The notes beneath the pieces were generated by a model, which saw nothing but the letters and a program-made list of their open reading frames with translations, did no database searches and was not told where the DNA came from. The position numbers and the translations under genes are program-made. From NCBI GenBank assembly GCA_902553945.1, contig CACDMT010000001.1, positions 7,239 through 71,238 on the forward strand: DNA of 64,000 bases. Reading direction: 5' to 3'. Positions 46,820-55,753 of this stretch are shown here, piece by piece. How positions within the stretch are numbered: position 1 is the first letter of the stretch; each line of letters opens with the position of its first letter. This DNA comes from an uncultured Alphaproteobacteria bacterium (GTDB taxonomy: Bacteria; Pseudomonadota; Alphaproteobacteria; HIMB59; GCA-002718135).

Positions 46820-48451
46820 TTAAATCTCCTTTGCTTTCTTTCTTAGTTCAAATTTCTGTATTTTTCCCGTAGAAGTTTTTGGCAATTCCCCAAAGATAAC
46901 ATATTTTGGCCTTTTAAATCCAGCCATATTTTCTTTACAAAATTGAATTATTTCCTCATCCGTGACATTTTTACCTGGTGACAATTCTACAAAAGCACAA
47001 GGTGTCTCACCCCACTTTTCATCTGGTTTAGCTACAACTGCAACTAATGATACTGCGGGATGTTTTGCTACTACATTTTCTACCTCTACAGATGATATAT
47101 TTTCACCACCTGAAATTATAATGTCTTTTGAGCGATCTTTAATTTGAATATACCCATCCGGATAAACAACGGCTAGATCTCCGGAATGAAACCATCCATT
47201 TTTCATGGAAGTTTTTGTAGCTTCTTTATTTTTATAATATCCTTTCATTACAATGTTACCACGAATAAGTATTTCACCCATAGTTTCACCATCCATTGGC
47301 ACGCGATGATAAGTTACAGGATCAGCAACAATAACTTCTTCTGTATTTGGATATCGTACTCCTTGCCTTGAATTTATGTCAGCTTTTTCAGCTTTAGAAA
47401 GTCCATTCCACTCTTCATTCCATGAACACTGTAAAATATGACCATAAGTTTCAGTTAAACCATAAACATGCATAACTTCAAAACCAAGATTATCCATCTT
47501 TTCAAGTATTGCACTTGTTGGAGGCGCACCTGCAGTTAAAACAAATACTTTATGATTAATTTCTTTTTTATCTTTTTTATCTGCATTAGCAATTAAACTT
47601 AAAACTATTGGCGCACCTCCAAAATGAGTAACTTTATGTTGATCAATTAAATTATAAATATCTTTTGCAATAATATACCGACAACATATAACTTTTGCGT
47701 GTATTAATGCTGCTGTCCAAGGATAGCCCCATCCGTTGCAATGAAACATTGGAACAGTATAAAGAAATGTTAATTTATTAGGCATATTCCATGCAGTTAC
47801 GCTTCCTGTTGACATCAAATAAGAGCCTCGATGATGGTATACAACACCCTTAGGTTTTCCAGTTGTTCCAGAGGTATAACTTAATGAAATTGCTTGCCAC
47901 TCATCTTCAGGTAAAGACCAATTAAAGTTATTATCACCTGACATAAGAAAATCTTCATAAGTCCAATTACCAATTTTTTCCCCCTCACCTTCTTTAAAAA
48001 TGGCTTGGTCATCATGAATATCAATTATTGGAATTTTTTTACCATAAATTTTAAGTGCTTTTTTTATTATTGGTGAAAATTGAGTGTCAGTAATTAATAA
48101 TTTTGCATCACTATGTTCTAAAATATAGGCAATAGTATCGGGATCGAGCCTTGTATTAATAGTATTAATAACTGCTCCTATCATTGGAATAGAATAATGT
48201 GCTTCAAACAATTCTGGAGTATTAGCTGCAATAATAGAAACTGTTGATCCTTTAGTTATACCTTGTTTACTTAGGGAGCTTGCAAACTTGGTGCATCGAT
48301 TATAAGTTTCAAGCCAAGTATACTTTCTATTACCATAAACTAGTGAGTCGTAATTAGGATATATATCTTTTACACGAGAGATAAAACTTAAAGGAGACAA
48401 TGGAACAAAATTAGCAGAGTTTTTATCTAGATTTGTATTAAAATTATTCAC
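46820..48451 (-). CDS. AMP-dependent acyl-CoA synthetase/ligase (short/medium-chain type; DmdB-like is a hypothesis)
   Basis: 543 aa. YTSGTTGKPKGV AMP-binding motif, YGLTET, GWFHSGD, and C-terminal PKTSTGKIQK. Stop lies 1 bp before the metY start. Confidence 0.85.
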   Translation of the reverse strand: MNNFNTNLDKNSANFVPLSPLSFISRVKDIYPNYDSLVYGNRKYTWLETYNRCTKFASSLSKQGITKGSTVSIIAANTPELFEAHYSIPMIGAVINTINTRLDPDTIAYILEHSDAKLLITDTQFSPIIKKALKIYGKKIPIIDIHDDQAIFKEGEGEKIGNWTYEDFLMSGDNNFNWSLPEDEWQAISLSYTSGTTGKPKGVVYHHRGSYLMSTGSVTAWNMPNKLTFLYTVPMFHCNGWGYPWTAALIHAKVICCRYIIAKDIYNLIDQHKVTHFGGAPIVLSLIANADKKDKKEINHKVFVLTAGAPPTSAILEKMDNLGFEVMHVYGLTETYGHILQCSWNEEWNGLSKAEKADINSRQGVRYPNTEEVIVADPVTYHRVPMDGETMGEILIRGNIVMKGYYKNKEATKTSMKNGWFHSGDLAVVYPDGYIQIKDRSKDIIISGGENISSVEVENVVAKHPAVSLVAVVAKPDEKWGETPCAFVELSPGKNVTDEEIIQFCKENMAGFKRPKYVIFGELPKTSTGKIQKFELRKKAKEI

Positions 48452-48491
48452 TATTCCTCCAAAAAATAAATAGATACTATAAGAAATTAAA

Positions 48492-50726
48492 TTAATTTAC
48501 TAATGGTTTTCCTGTTTCTAATGTGTGTATAATTCTTTCTTGTGTTTTAGGCATCTGGATTAGCTTCATGAAAGCTTCAAGCTCTAAATTATAAAGATCA
48601 TCCTCACTTATATCTGAATTTATATTTGTATTACCTCCACTGAGAACAAAAGCTATCTGTTTACCAACCTCTAAACCATGATCCATAATTTTCTTTTCTC
48701 TATGCAATTTTTCAAGTTTTTCATACATTTTATCTCGAACAGAGTTTCCACCAAGTTTAAATATTGGTTGATTTGGTCTTGAATAATTGTTTTCAATTGT
48801 CTTCAATAAATCAATAGCTGTGGTAAGCTGTCTATCTCTATTAATAACAACTTTATCTTTATTTAGGAAAAATTGATTAGGCTTAGCTTCATTTGGAGAA
48901 GCTGAGGTAACAGCATAACCTATAAGATCAAATACTTTCATTGATGCAAATTCAGAATTTTCTTTACCTTCAGGTGTTTGAAGCCACCGCCATAACATTT
49001 CTTTACAGCCACCACCTGCAGGAATTAAACCAACCAAGGATTCAACAAGGCCTAATACAACGTTAGTATGTGATACTGAATAATCACAGTGAAGAACAAC
49101 TTCAAATCCTCCTCCAATTGCTAAACCTGATGGTGCGGCTATAAAAGGTTTTTCAGCATATTTAATTGTTTTACAAGTTTTTTGAAAATCAATGATAAAT
49201 TTTTCAATTTTTGACCACTCATTATTTTTTGCAAAATCCATCACATAATTTAAATTTACTCCTGCAGAAAATTGCATTGCTTCATTAATTACAATTGTGC
49301 TTTTATTATTTTGAGCTGCTTGATTAAGTGCAAGCATTGAATCAGTATCAAGGGCATTTGCTTTAGTTGTAAATTCTACAATTTGATAAGATGATGCATC
49401 TTTAACATTAGCAGATGGATTATTAAAAGTTTTTTTTAGTTTTAAAGAACGCAAATTATCAATACTTTTATCTAAATATCCAGGTCTTTTTTCAAATATA
49501 AAATTGTTTTTAATTGAATTAAAATAATTTATGTCAGAATTTTCTTTAATAAAAGCATTGGTATTAATATTAGATAACATTTCAAATGGGCCTACTGTCC
49601 AATTAAAACCAAGTCTGAGAGCATCATCTATATCAATATATTTCGAGGAAACATCTGGTATTAGAAATGCAGCATAACGAATAACTTTTGTTAAGATTGA
49701 TTTAGCGTATTCTCCATACTTATCTTTTCTTTCAATAAGTTTTTTTATATTTATTTTATCACCTAAGTCTAAATTTATTTTTTTACTCGGGTGGTACTCA
49801 CCTGTGTCTAAGTTAATAGCTTCAAGTATTTTTTTTCCATCTGTTTTATTTATTCTATAAAAACCACCTTTGCCTTTTCTTCCAGTATATCCTGACTCAA
49901 TTAATTTTTTTACTAATGGAATTTCTTTTGCAACTTCATGAAAAGGATCTTCGCTTGGTAATTCTTTTATAAAACTTTTCAGAACATCAGCCATTAGATC
50001 AATACCAATAAGATCGTACAAACCAAAAATACCTGTTTTAGGAATTCCCATTGGTCTTCCAAATATTGCATCTGCTTCCTCAATAGAAATATTTTTTTTA
50101 AATGCTTCTGTCATTGCTACTTGCATTGCATAAACACCTATTCTGTTTCCAATAAAACCAGGTGTATCGTTACAAATAATTACTCCTTTGCCAAGTTGCT
50201 CATCACAAAATAGTTTTAGTGAATTTATTTTTTCAATATCATTTATTGGCTCAGTAACAATTTCCAATAAAGACATATATCGAACGGGATTAAAAAAATG
50301 TGTTATGCAAAAGTTCTTTTTCATTTCATCCGACATATTTGCTGATAATACTTTTAGAGGAATTGTTGATGTATTAGAGGAGACTATTGATGAAGTTTTT
50401 CTTACATTTTGAATTTTTGAGTAAATATCGTGTTTAATATTTATTCTTTCAACAACAGCTTCAACAATCCAATCGGCTTCAGATACTTCTTTGAAATGGT
50501 CTTCAATATTTCCAGTTTTAATTAAACTAGCTTTCATTATCTCAACTAAAAGAGGCGGTTTCGATTTTATTATTCTTTCTTTTGCATTTTCTGTTATTTG
50601 ATTTCTTGACCCTTCTTTGCTTGGTAAGTCTAGTAAAGTTACATTTATACCTGCATTTGCTACTTGAGCAGCAATGCCACTACCCATTGTACCTGATCCT
50701 ATAACTACTACTTTTTTGATATTCAT
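48492..50726 (-). CDS. Bifunctional 3-hydroxyacyl-CoA dehydrogenase / enoyl-CoA hydratase (FadN-like domain order)
   Basis: Start moved to the Met at 50726 (MNIKKVVVIGSGTMGSGIA Rossmann motif); the track ORF runs to 50786. The C-terminal ~260 aa are crotonase-like (GLAIGGGFEV). Confidence 0.85.
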   Translation of the reverse strand: MNIKKVVVIGSGTMGSGIAAQVANAGINVTLLDLPSKEGSRNQITENAKERIIKSKPPLLVEIMKASLIKTGNIEDHFKEVSEADWIVEAVVERINIKHDIYSKIQNVRKTSSIVSSNTSTIPLKVLSANMSDEMKKNFCITHFFNPVRYMSLLEIVTEPINDIEKINSLKLFCDEQLGKGVIICNDTPGFIGNRIGVYAMQVAMTEAFKKNISIEEADAIFGRPMGIPKTGIFGLYDLIGIDLMADVLKSFIKELPSEDPFHEVAKEIPLVKKLIESGYTGRKGKGGFYRINKTDGKKILEAINLDTGEYHPSKKINLDLGDKINIKKLIERKDKYGEYAKSILTKVIRYAAFLIPDVSSKYIDIDDALRLGFNWTVGPFEMLSNINTNAFIKENSDINYFNSIKNNFIFEKRPGYLDKSIDNLRSLKLKKTFNNPSANVKDASSYQIVEFTTKANALDTDSMLALNQAAQNNKSTIVINEAMQFSAGVNLNYVMDFAKNNEWSKIEKFIIDFQKTCKTIKYAEKPFIAAPSGLAIGGGFEVVLHCDYSVSHTNVVLGLVESLVGLIPAGGGCKEMLWRWLQTPEGKENSEFASMKVFDLIGYAVTSASPNEAKPNQFFLNKDKVVINRDRQLTTAIDLLKTIENNYSRPNQPIFKLGGNSVRDKMYEKLEKLHREKKIMDHGLEVGKQIAFVLSGGNTNINSDISEDDLYNLELEAFMKLIQMPKTQERIIHTLETGKPLVN

Positions 50727-50828
50727 TTGAAATGTAAAATCCAGCTTATATAAGAAAAAATTGCTATAGGAAAATAATTTAAGCATAATAGTGGAAATTA
50801 ATATAAATATCTCTTATAGGCCGAAAAA

Positions 50829-52214
50829 ATGAAAAAAAATCCGTCTCGCAATGTCCATTTTACAAAAGGGTCAAGTAATCTTTTAGATACAATAAATGCA
50901 TCTATTGATGTAGATCAGCGTCTCTACAAAGAAGATATCTTAGGCTCTATTGCGCATGCAAAAATGCTAGGAAAACAAAAAATAATATCAAAAAAAGATG
51001 AAACAAATTTAATCTCTGGCCTAAAATCTGTTCAAAAAGATATTGAAAAAAATAAAGTATTTTTTTCAAAAAAACTTGAAGATATTCATATGAATATAGA
51101 AAATTTATTATTAAAAAAAATTGGTAAAGTTGCTGGTAAATTACATACCGCTAGATCAAGAAATGATCAAGTTGTTACAGATTTGAAGTTATGGATTAAA
51201 AGTAATTCATTATTACTTGATTATGAATTAAAAAATTTTCAAAAAACATTAATTAATGTTGCAAAAAAAAATACTGCAACAATCATGCCAGGATATACAC
51301 ATTTACAAATTGCTCAGCCAATTACACTTGGTCATCATATATTAGCTTATGTAGAAATGATTGGAAGAGATCGATCAAGATTAAATGACTGTTTATATCG
51401 GTTAAATGAAAATCCATTAGGTTCTGCTGCTCTTGCTGGTACATCATTTCCTATAGATAGAAAATATACAACTAAAGAACTTGGTTTTAGAGAGCCAACT
51501 AAGAACGCAATGGACAGTGTATCTGATAGAGATTTTGTAATTGAATTTATTTTTGTAATGTCTTTGGCATCTGTTCATTTATCGAGAATTGCTGAAGAAA
51601 TAGTTTTATGGTCTAACCAACAATTTAACTTTATTATTTTACCAGATGAACTTTCAACTGGAAGTTCAATAATGCCGCAAAAGAAAAATCCTGATGGAGC
51701 TGAGTTAGTTAGAGGGAAAACCAGTATTATTATTGGTAATTTGGTTTCAATATTAAATATTATTAAAGGGCTACCCTTATCTTATAGCAAAGATCTTCAA
51801 GATGATAAAAGTCTCGTTTTTAATTCATTTGATAATCTAATTCTTTGTTTAAAGGTTATTAATGAAATTATATCTAAATCTAATTTTAATAAAACTAGAA
51901 TGAAAGAAGTTGTTGACAAATCTGACTCAACAGCAACTGATTTAGCTAATTGGTTAGTTAAAAATTTAAATTATTCATTTAGAGATGCTTATAAGATAAC
52001 TGGTAAAATTATTGTTTATTGTCAACAAAATAAATTAAATATAGAATCCATATCTCTAAAAGAATTACGAAAATTCGATAAAAAAATTAGTATAGAAGCT
52101 ATGAATGTATTATCATCTTCAAATAGTGTAAATAGTAAATCAAGTTTTGGAGGTACTTCACCTGAAAATACTAAAAAAATGATTAAATTTGCTATAAAAA
52201 AATACTTAAAATAA
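50829..52214 (+). CDS. argH: Argininosuccinate lyase
   Basis: 461 aa. HTARSRNDQV, GYTHLQIAQP and GSSIMPQKKNPD fumarate-lyase signature. Confidence 0.9.
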   Translation: MKKNPSRNVHFTKGSSNLLDTINASIDVDQRLYKEDILGSIAHAKMLGKQKIISKKDETNLISGLKSVQKDIEKNKVFFSKKLEDIHMNIENLLLKKIGKVAGKLHTARSRNDQVVTDLKLWIKSNSLLLDYELKNFQKTLINVAKKNTATIMPGYTHLQIAQPITLGHHILAYVEMIGRDRSRLNDCLYRLNENPLGSAALAGTSFPIDRKYTTKELGFREPTKNAMDSVSDRDFVIEFIFVMSLASVHLSRIAEEIVLWSNQQFNFIILPDELSTGSSIMPQKKNPDGAELVRGKTSIIIGNLVSILNIIKGLPLSYSKDLQDDKSLVFNSFDNLILCLKVINEIISKSNFNKTRMKEVVDKSDSTATDLANWLVKNLNYSFRDAYKITGKIIVYCQQNKLNIESISLKELRKFDKKISIEAMNVLSSSNSVNSKSSFGGTSPENTKKMIKFAIKKYLK

Positions 52215-52399
52215 TGAAAAAAATTTTATTAATTATATTTTTATCATGTCTTTATGGATGTGGCAAAGTAGGTCCTTTGAGTTTACCAGAAGATCAAGTT
52301 GATAAATCAGTCATTTCTTATCCTTGTGATGATGATTGCTTAGAAAGATTTGAAGAAGAAAAAAAACGCCAACAATCTGTAGTCGTAGAGACAGAGTAA
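52214..52399 (+). CDS. Small lipoprotein, LptM(YifL)-like
   Basis: 61 aa. Lipobox LYGC followed by GKVGPLSLPED, resembling the CG.KGPL.LP motif of the small lipoprotein conserved next to lysA/dapF in proteobacteria. 1-bp overlaps on both sides. Confidence 0.55.
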   Translation: MKKILLIIFLSCLYGCGKVGPLSLPEDQVDKSVISYPCDDDCLERFEEEKKRQQSVVVETE

Positions 52400-53640
52400 T
52401 GTTAAAATTTAATAATAATGTTCCCTTTATTGAGGGCACCTCTTTAAATGACATTATGAAAGTATGTCAGACACCTTTTTATATATATTCTCAAGATTTA
52501 ATTACTAAAAAAGTTGAAATGACAAAAAAAGCTTTAGGAAATAAAATTTTTTTTTCAGTAAAATCTAATTCCAATCAAGCTATTCTTAAATTGATGCAAT
52601 CGCTAGATATTGGTGCAGACGTAGTTTCTATTGGAGAACTTAAACGTGCAATAAGTGCAGGATTTCATCCAAATAAGATAATTTTTGAAGGTGTTGGAAA
52701 ATCAAAAAATGATTTAATATATGCTAGCCAAAAAAATATACATTTGATTAACGCAGAGTCATTAGAAGAAATCAAATTAATAGAAAAAATAGCTGGTGAT
52801 ACAAACAAAAAAATCAATATTGGAATAAGATTAAATCCTAATATTGATGGTGGAACTATTAAAAAAATTTCAACAGGTAAAAAAACTGACAAGTTTGGAA
52901 TTGAAATAGAGGATATCAAAAATATTATTAACTTAATAAAAAACTGTTCCAATATAAAGCTAATAGGTATTAGCTGTCATATAGGTAGTCAAATAAGTGA
53001 TATTAATGCATATAAAAATACATTTTTAGAAATGAAAAAAGCTGCAGATAAATTTGTAGAAGCTGGAATAAATATTAAACATGTTGATTTAGGTGGTGGT
53101 TTTCATGTTAAATATAATGGAAATGATCAAGAATTTAATATTAATGATATTAAAAAAGAACTAGATCAATGCTTTATTAACTCAACTTATGAATTATCAT
53201 TTGAACCTGGGAGATATTTAATTGCAGAAGCAGGTATACTTGTTACTTCAATATTAACAAAAAAACAAAATGGAGGCATTAACTATTTAATTGTTGATGC
53301 AGGTATGAACACTTTAATTCGTCCCGCTATGTATAATGCTCACCATAATATTGAGGCAATTAACAAAAAATCAGAAAAATTAATTAATTATGCTATTGCC
53401 GGTCCAATATGCGAAAGTTCAGATATTTTTCTAAATAATATTGAACTTCCAGAACAAAATATTGATGATATACTAATAATTAAAGACACGGGTGCATATG
53501 GAAAAGTGATGTCATCAAATTATAATTCTAGAACATTACCTCCGGAGGTTATTGTGCATAAAGATAAATTTGCTATGATTTTTATTCCTGAAAAAATTGA
53601 AAAAAATATATTGGAAGATATTATCCCAACTTGGATGTAA
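52399..53640 (+). CDS. lysA: Diaminopimelate decarboxylase
   Basis: 413 aa. FFSVKSN (PLP-Lys), HIGSQ, DLGGGF, EPGRYL, GPICESSD motifs of group IV decarboxylases. Confidence 0.9.
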   Translation: MLKFNNNVPFIEGTSLNDIMKVCQTPFYIYSQDLITKKVEMTKKALGNKIFFSVKSNSNQAILKLMQSLDIGADVVSIGELKRAISAGFHPNKIIFEGVGKSKNDLIYASQKNIHLINAESLEEIKLIEKIAGDTNKKINIGIRLNPNIDGGTIKKISTGKKTDKFGIEIEDIKNIINLIKNCSNIKLIGISCHIGSQISDINAYKNTFLEMKKAADKFVEAGINIKHVDLGGGFHVKYNGNDQEFNINDIKKELDQCFINSTYELSFEPGRYLIAEAGILVTSILTKKQNGGINYLIVDAGMNTLIRPAMYNAHHNIEAINKKSEKLINYAIAGPICESSDIFLNNIELPEQNIDDILIIKDTGAYGKVMSSNYNSRTLPPEVIVHKDKFAMIFIPEKIEKNILEDIIPTWM

Positions 53641-54087
53641 TCAATTAAGCACATTATGAATTATTTTTGATAAATCTTCAACTATAAGATTGAGATTAAA
53701 AAAAAACTCTTCTATGTAAAAGTTAATTAAAACAAGTGTATTTAACCCATATAATTTTGATATCCAAATCCCAAAAAAAATTAAAGCCAATAAAATAACT
53801 ACAATAGAAGAATTAATTGCACTTGGTTTTTCTTGTTTAACCAAAGTGCTTGGTAAATTTTTTATTTGAATATTTTTATTTTCATTGTTATTTTCAGAAT
53901 TTTTTAAATTTTCGTTTTCTATTTTTTTATTTATTTTTGGTGACAAGGAAGATGTTAATTCAACTGTATCTATGTCTTGAAACCATTGATGTCCGCAATT
54001 TGCACATTCAACCATTCTTCCATTAGGTTTTAAATCTGCTGAATTTATTAAATATTTAAAATCACAATTTGAGCATACAATGAACAT
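53641..54087 (-). CDS. MJ0042-type zinc-ribbon membrane protein
   Basis: 148 aa. N-terminal CSNC...CANCGHQW zinc ribbon, low-complexity linker, C-terminal TM helix. Confidence 0.6.
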   Translation of the reverse strand: MFIVCSNCDFKYLINSADLKPNGRMVECANCGHQWFQDIDTVELTSSLSPKINKKIENENLKNSENNNENKNIQIKNLPSTLVKQEKPSAINSSIVVILLALIFFGIWISKLYGLNTLVLINFYIEEFFFNLNLIVEDLSKIIHNVLN

Positions 54088-54137
54088 AAATTATATATAG
54101 ATCAGTCTACCTAGTATATAAAACAAAATAATTAATT

Positions 54138-54845
54138 ATGTTAATATTTAGAAGTGTTATATTTTATATTTTGCTAACTTTTTGGACATTATTCATGGGT
54201 ATATTATGTATTCCATATTTAGTACTCCCTAATAAATTCTTAAAAGTCCCAACAAAATTATGGATAAAAGTAATATTTATTTTCTTATCAAAAATTTGTA
54301 ATATTAAACATAATATCCAGGGATTAGAGAATATTCCTAAAAGCTCTGTGTTAGTAGTTTCAAAACATCAATCTGCTTTTGAAACATTGGCACTATATTA
54401 TTACCTAAAAGATTGTTTCTTTATACATAAAAGAGAGCTTTTTTTTATACCAATTTTTGGTCAATATTTATTTAAATCAAATATGGTTGCTATTGATAGA
54501 GATGGTGGAACAAGAACAATGAGAAAAATGTTAGATAAGGTAAAGTTAAAATTAAAGTCAGGAAGTTCTATAATTATCTTTCCGGAAGGAACGAGAAAAG
54601 TCCCTGGAAGTAAGCCTGACTATAAAACAGGATTTATAGGAATATATAATCACACAAAAAAGAAAATTCTTCCAATAGCTGTAAATTCAGGTTTATGTTG
54701 GCCAAAACACTCATGGGTTTTAAAAGATGGAGTTATTACGATAAAAATTTTACCAATAATAAATGAAAATCTAGATAAAAAAACAATACTTAATACAGTA
54801 AAAGAAAATATAGAAACTGCTTCTAACAAACTTTTAACTTCTTAG
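54138..54845 (+). CDS. plsC: 1-acyl-sn-glycerol-3-phosphate acyltransferase
   Basis: 235 aa. N-terminal TM segment, acyltransferase motifs SKHQSAFE (HX4-D/E type) and IFPEGTR. Confidence 0.85.
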   Translation: MLIFRSVIFYILLTFWTLFMGILCIPYLVLPNKFLKVPTKLWIKVIFIFLSKICNIKHNIQGLENIPKSSVLVVSKHQSAFETLALYYYLKDCFFIHKRELFFIPIFGQYLFKSNMVAIDRDGGTRTMRKMLDKVKLKLKSGSSIIIFPEGTRKVPGSKPDYKTGFIGIYNHTKKKILPIAVNSGLCWPKHSWVLKDGVITIKILPIINENLDKKTILNTVKENIETASNKLLTS

Positions 54846-55753
54846 TTTTTCTCTGTTGGATCAAAAGTACCAGCTTGTCCAATTTCTTCAATTATTTTTC
54901 TAATTTCTTTAGATTTAGCAAATTTTTTTTCTAAAAAATTTAAATCATTATTTCTTATTGCTTTTTGGTAAGTTAATAAATCTTCACTAAAACGTCCTAA
55001 CATTTCTAAAACTGCATCTTTATTTTTTTCATAAACATCTCTCCACATAATGGGATCACTGCCAGCTAATCTTGTAAAATCTCTAAAACCTGCTGCAGAA
55101 TATTTAATAACCTCATCTTTCATTTGCTTTTCAAGCTCAGTAGCTGTTCCAACAACTGAATATGCAATAAGTTGTGGTATATGAGAGGTCATTGCTAAAA
55201 CTCTATCATGACGTTCTGCATCCATTATTTCTATAGTCATTCCAAAAGATTTCCAAATATTTGATATTCTTTCTATAAATATATCTTTTGAATTTAAAGG
55301 TGTAATAATACAGTATCTATTATCAAATAATTTTGCAAAACCATGCTCAGGTCCACTTTTTTCTAAACCTGCTATTGGATGAGCAGGTAAAAATAATATT
55401 TTTTTATTGTTTACCAAAGATTTATAATCATTAATTACACTGACTTTTGTTGAGCCAACATCAGTAATTAAAGTGGGCTCTTTAATAAAATTATTTAATT
55501 TCTTAAATATATTTCTATAGGAACTTAGTGGAGTACAAATAAATATTACATCAAACTGAAAAGAAATATCATCAATACTTTCATAAATATCTTCTACTAT
55601 ATTTAATTTTTTTGTCATTTTAATTATTAATTTGTCATTATCAACTCCATAAATTTTTTCTGAAATTTTTTTTTCTTTAATTACTCTAGCAATAGAAGAT
55701 CCGATTAATCCCATTCCAATAATTAAAATTGACTTATAAGAATTGTTATTCAT
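54842..55753 (-). CDS. tyrA: Prephenate/arogenate (cyclohexadienyl) dehydrogenase
   Basis: 303 aa. IIGMGLIGSS Rossmann motif, AHPIAG, SHIPQLIA motifs of the TyrA family. Confidence 0.8.
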   Translation of the reverse strand: MNNNSYKSILIIGMGLIGSSIARVIKEKKISEKIYGVDNDKLIIKMTKKLNIVEDIYESIDDISFQFDVIFICTPLSSYRNIFKKLNNFIKEPTLITDVGSTKVSVINDYKSLVNNKKILFLPAHPIAGLEKSGPEHGFAKLFDNRYCIITPLNSKDIFIERISNIWKSFGMTIEIMDAERHDRVLAMTSHIPQLIAYSVVGTATELEKQMKDEVIKYSAAGFRDFTRLAGSDPIMWRDVYEKNKDAVLEMLGRFSEDLLTYQKAIRNNDLNFLEKKFAKSKEIRKIIEEIGQAGTFDPTEKN

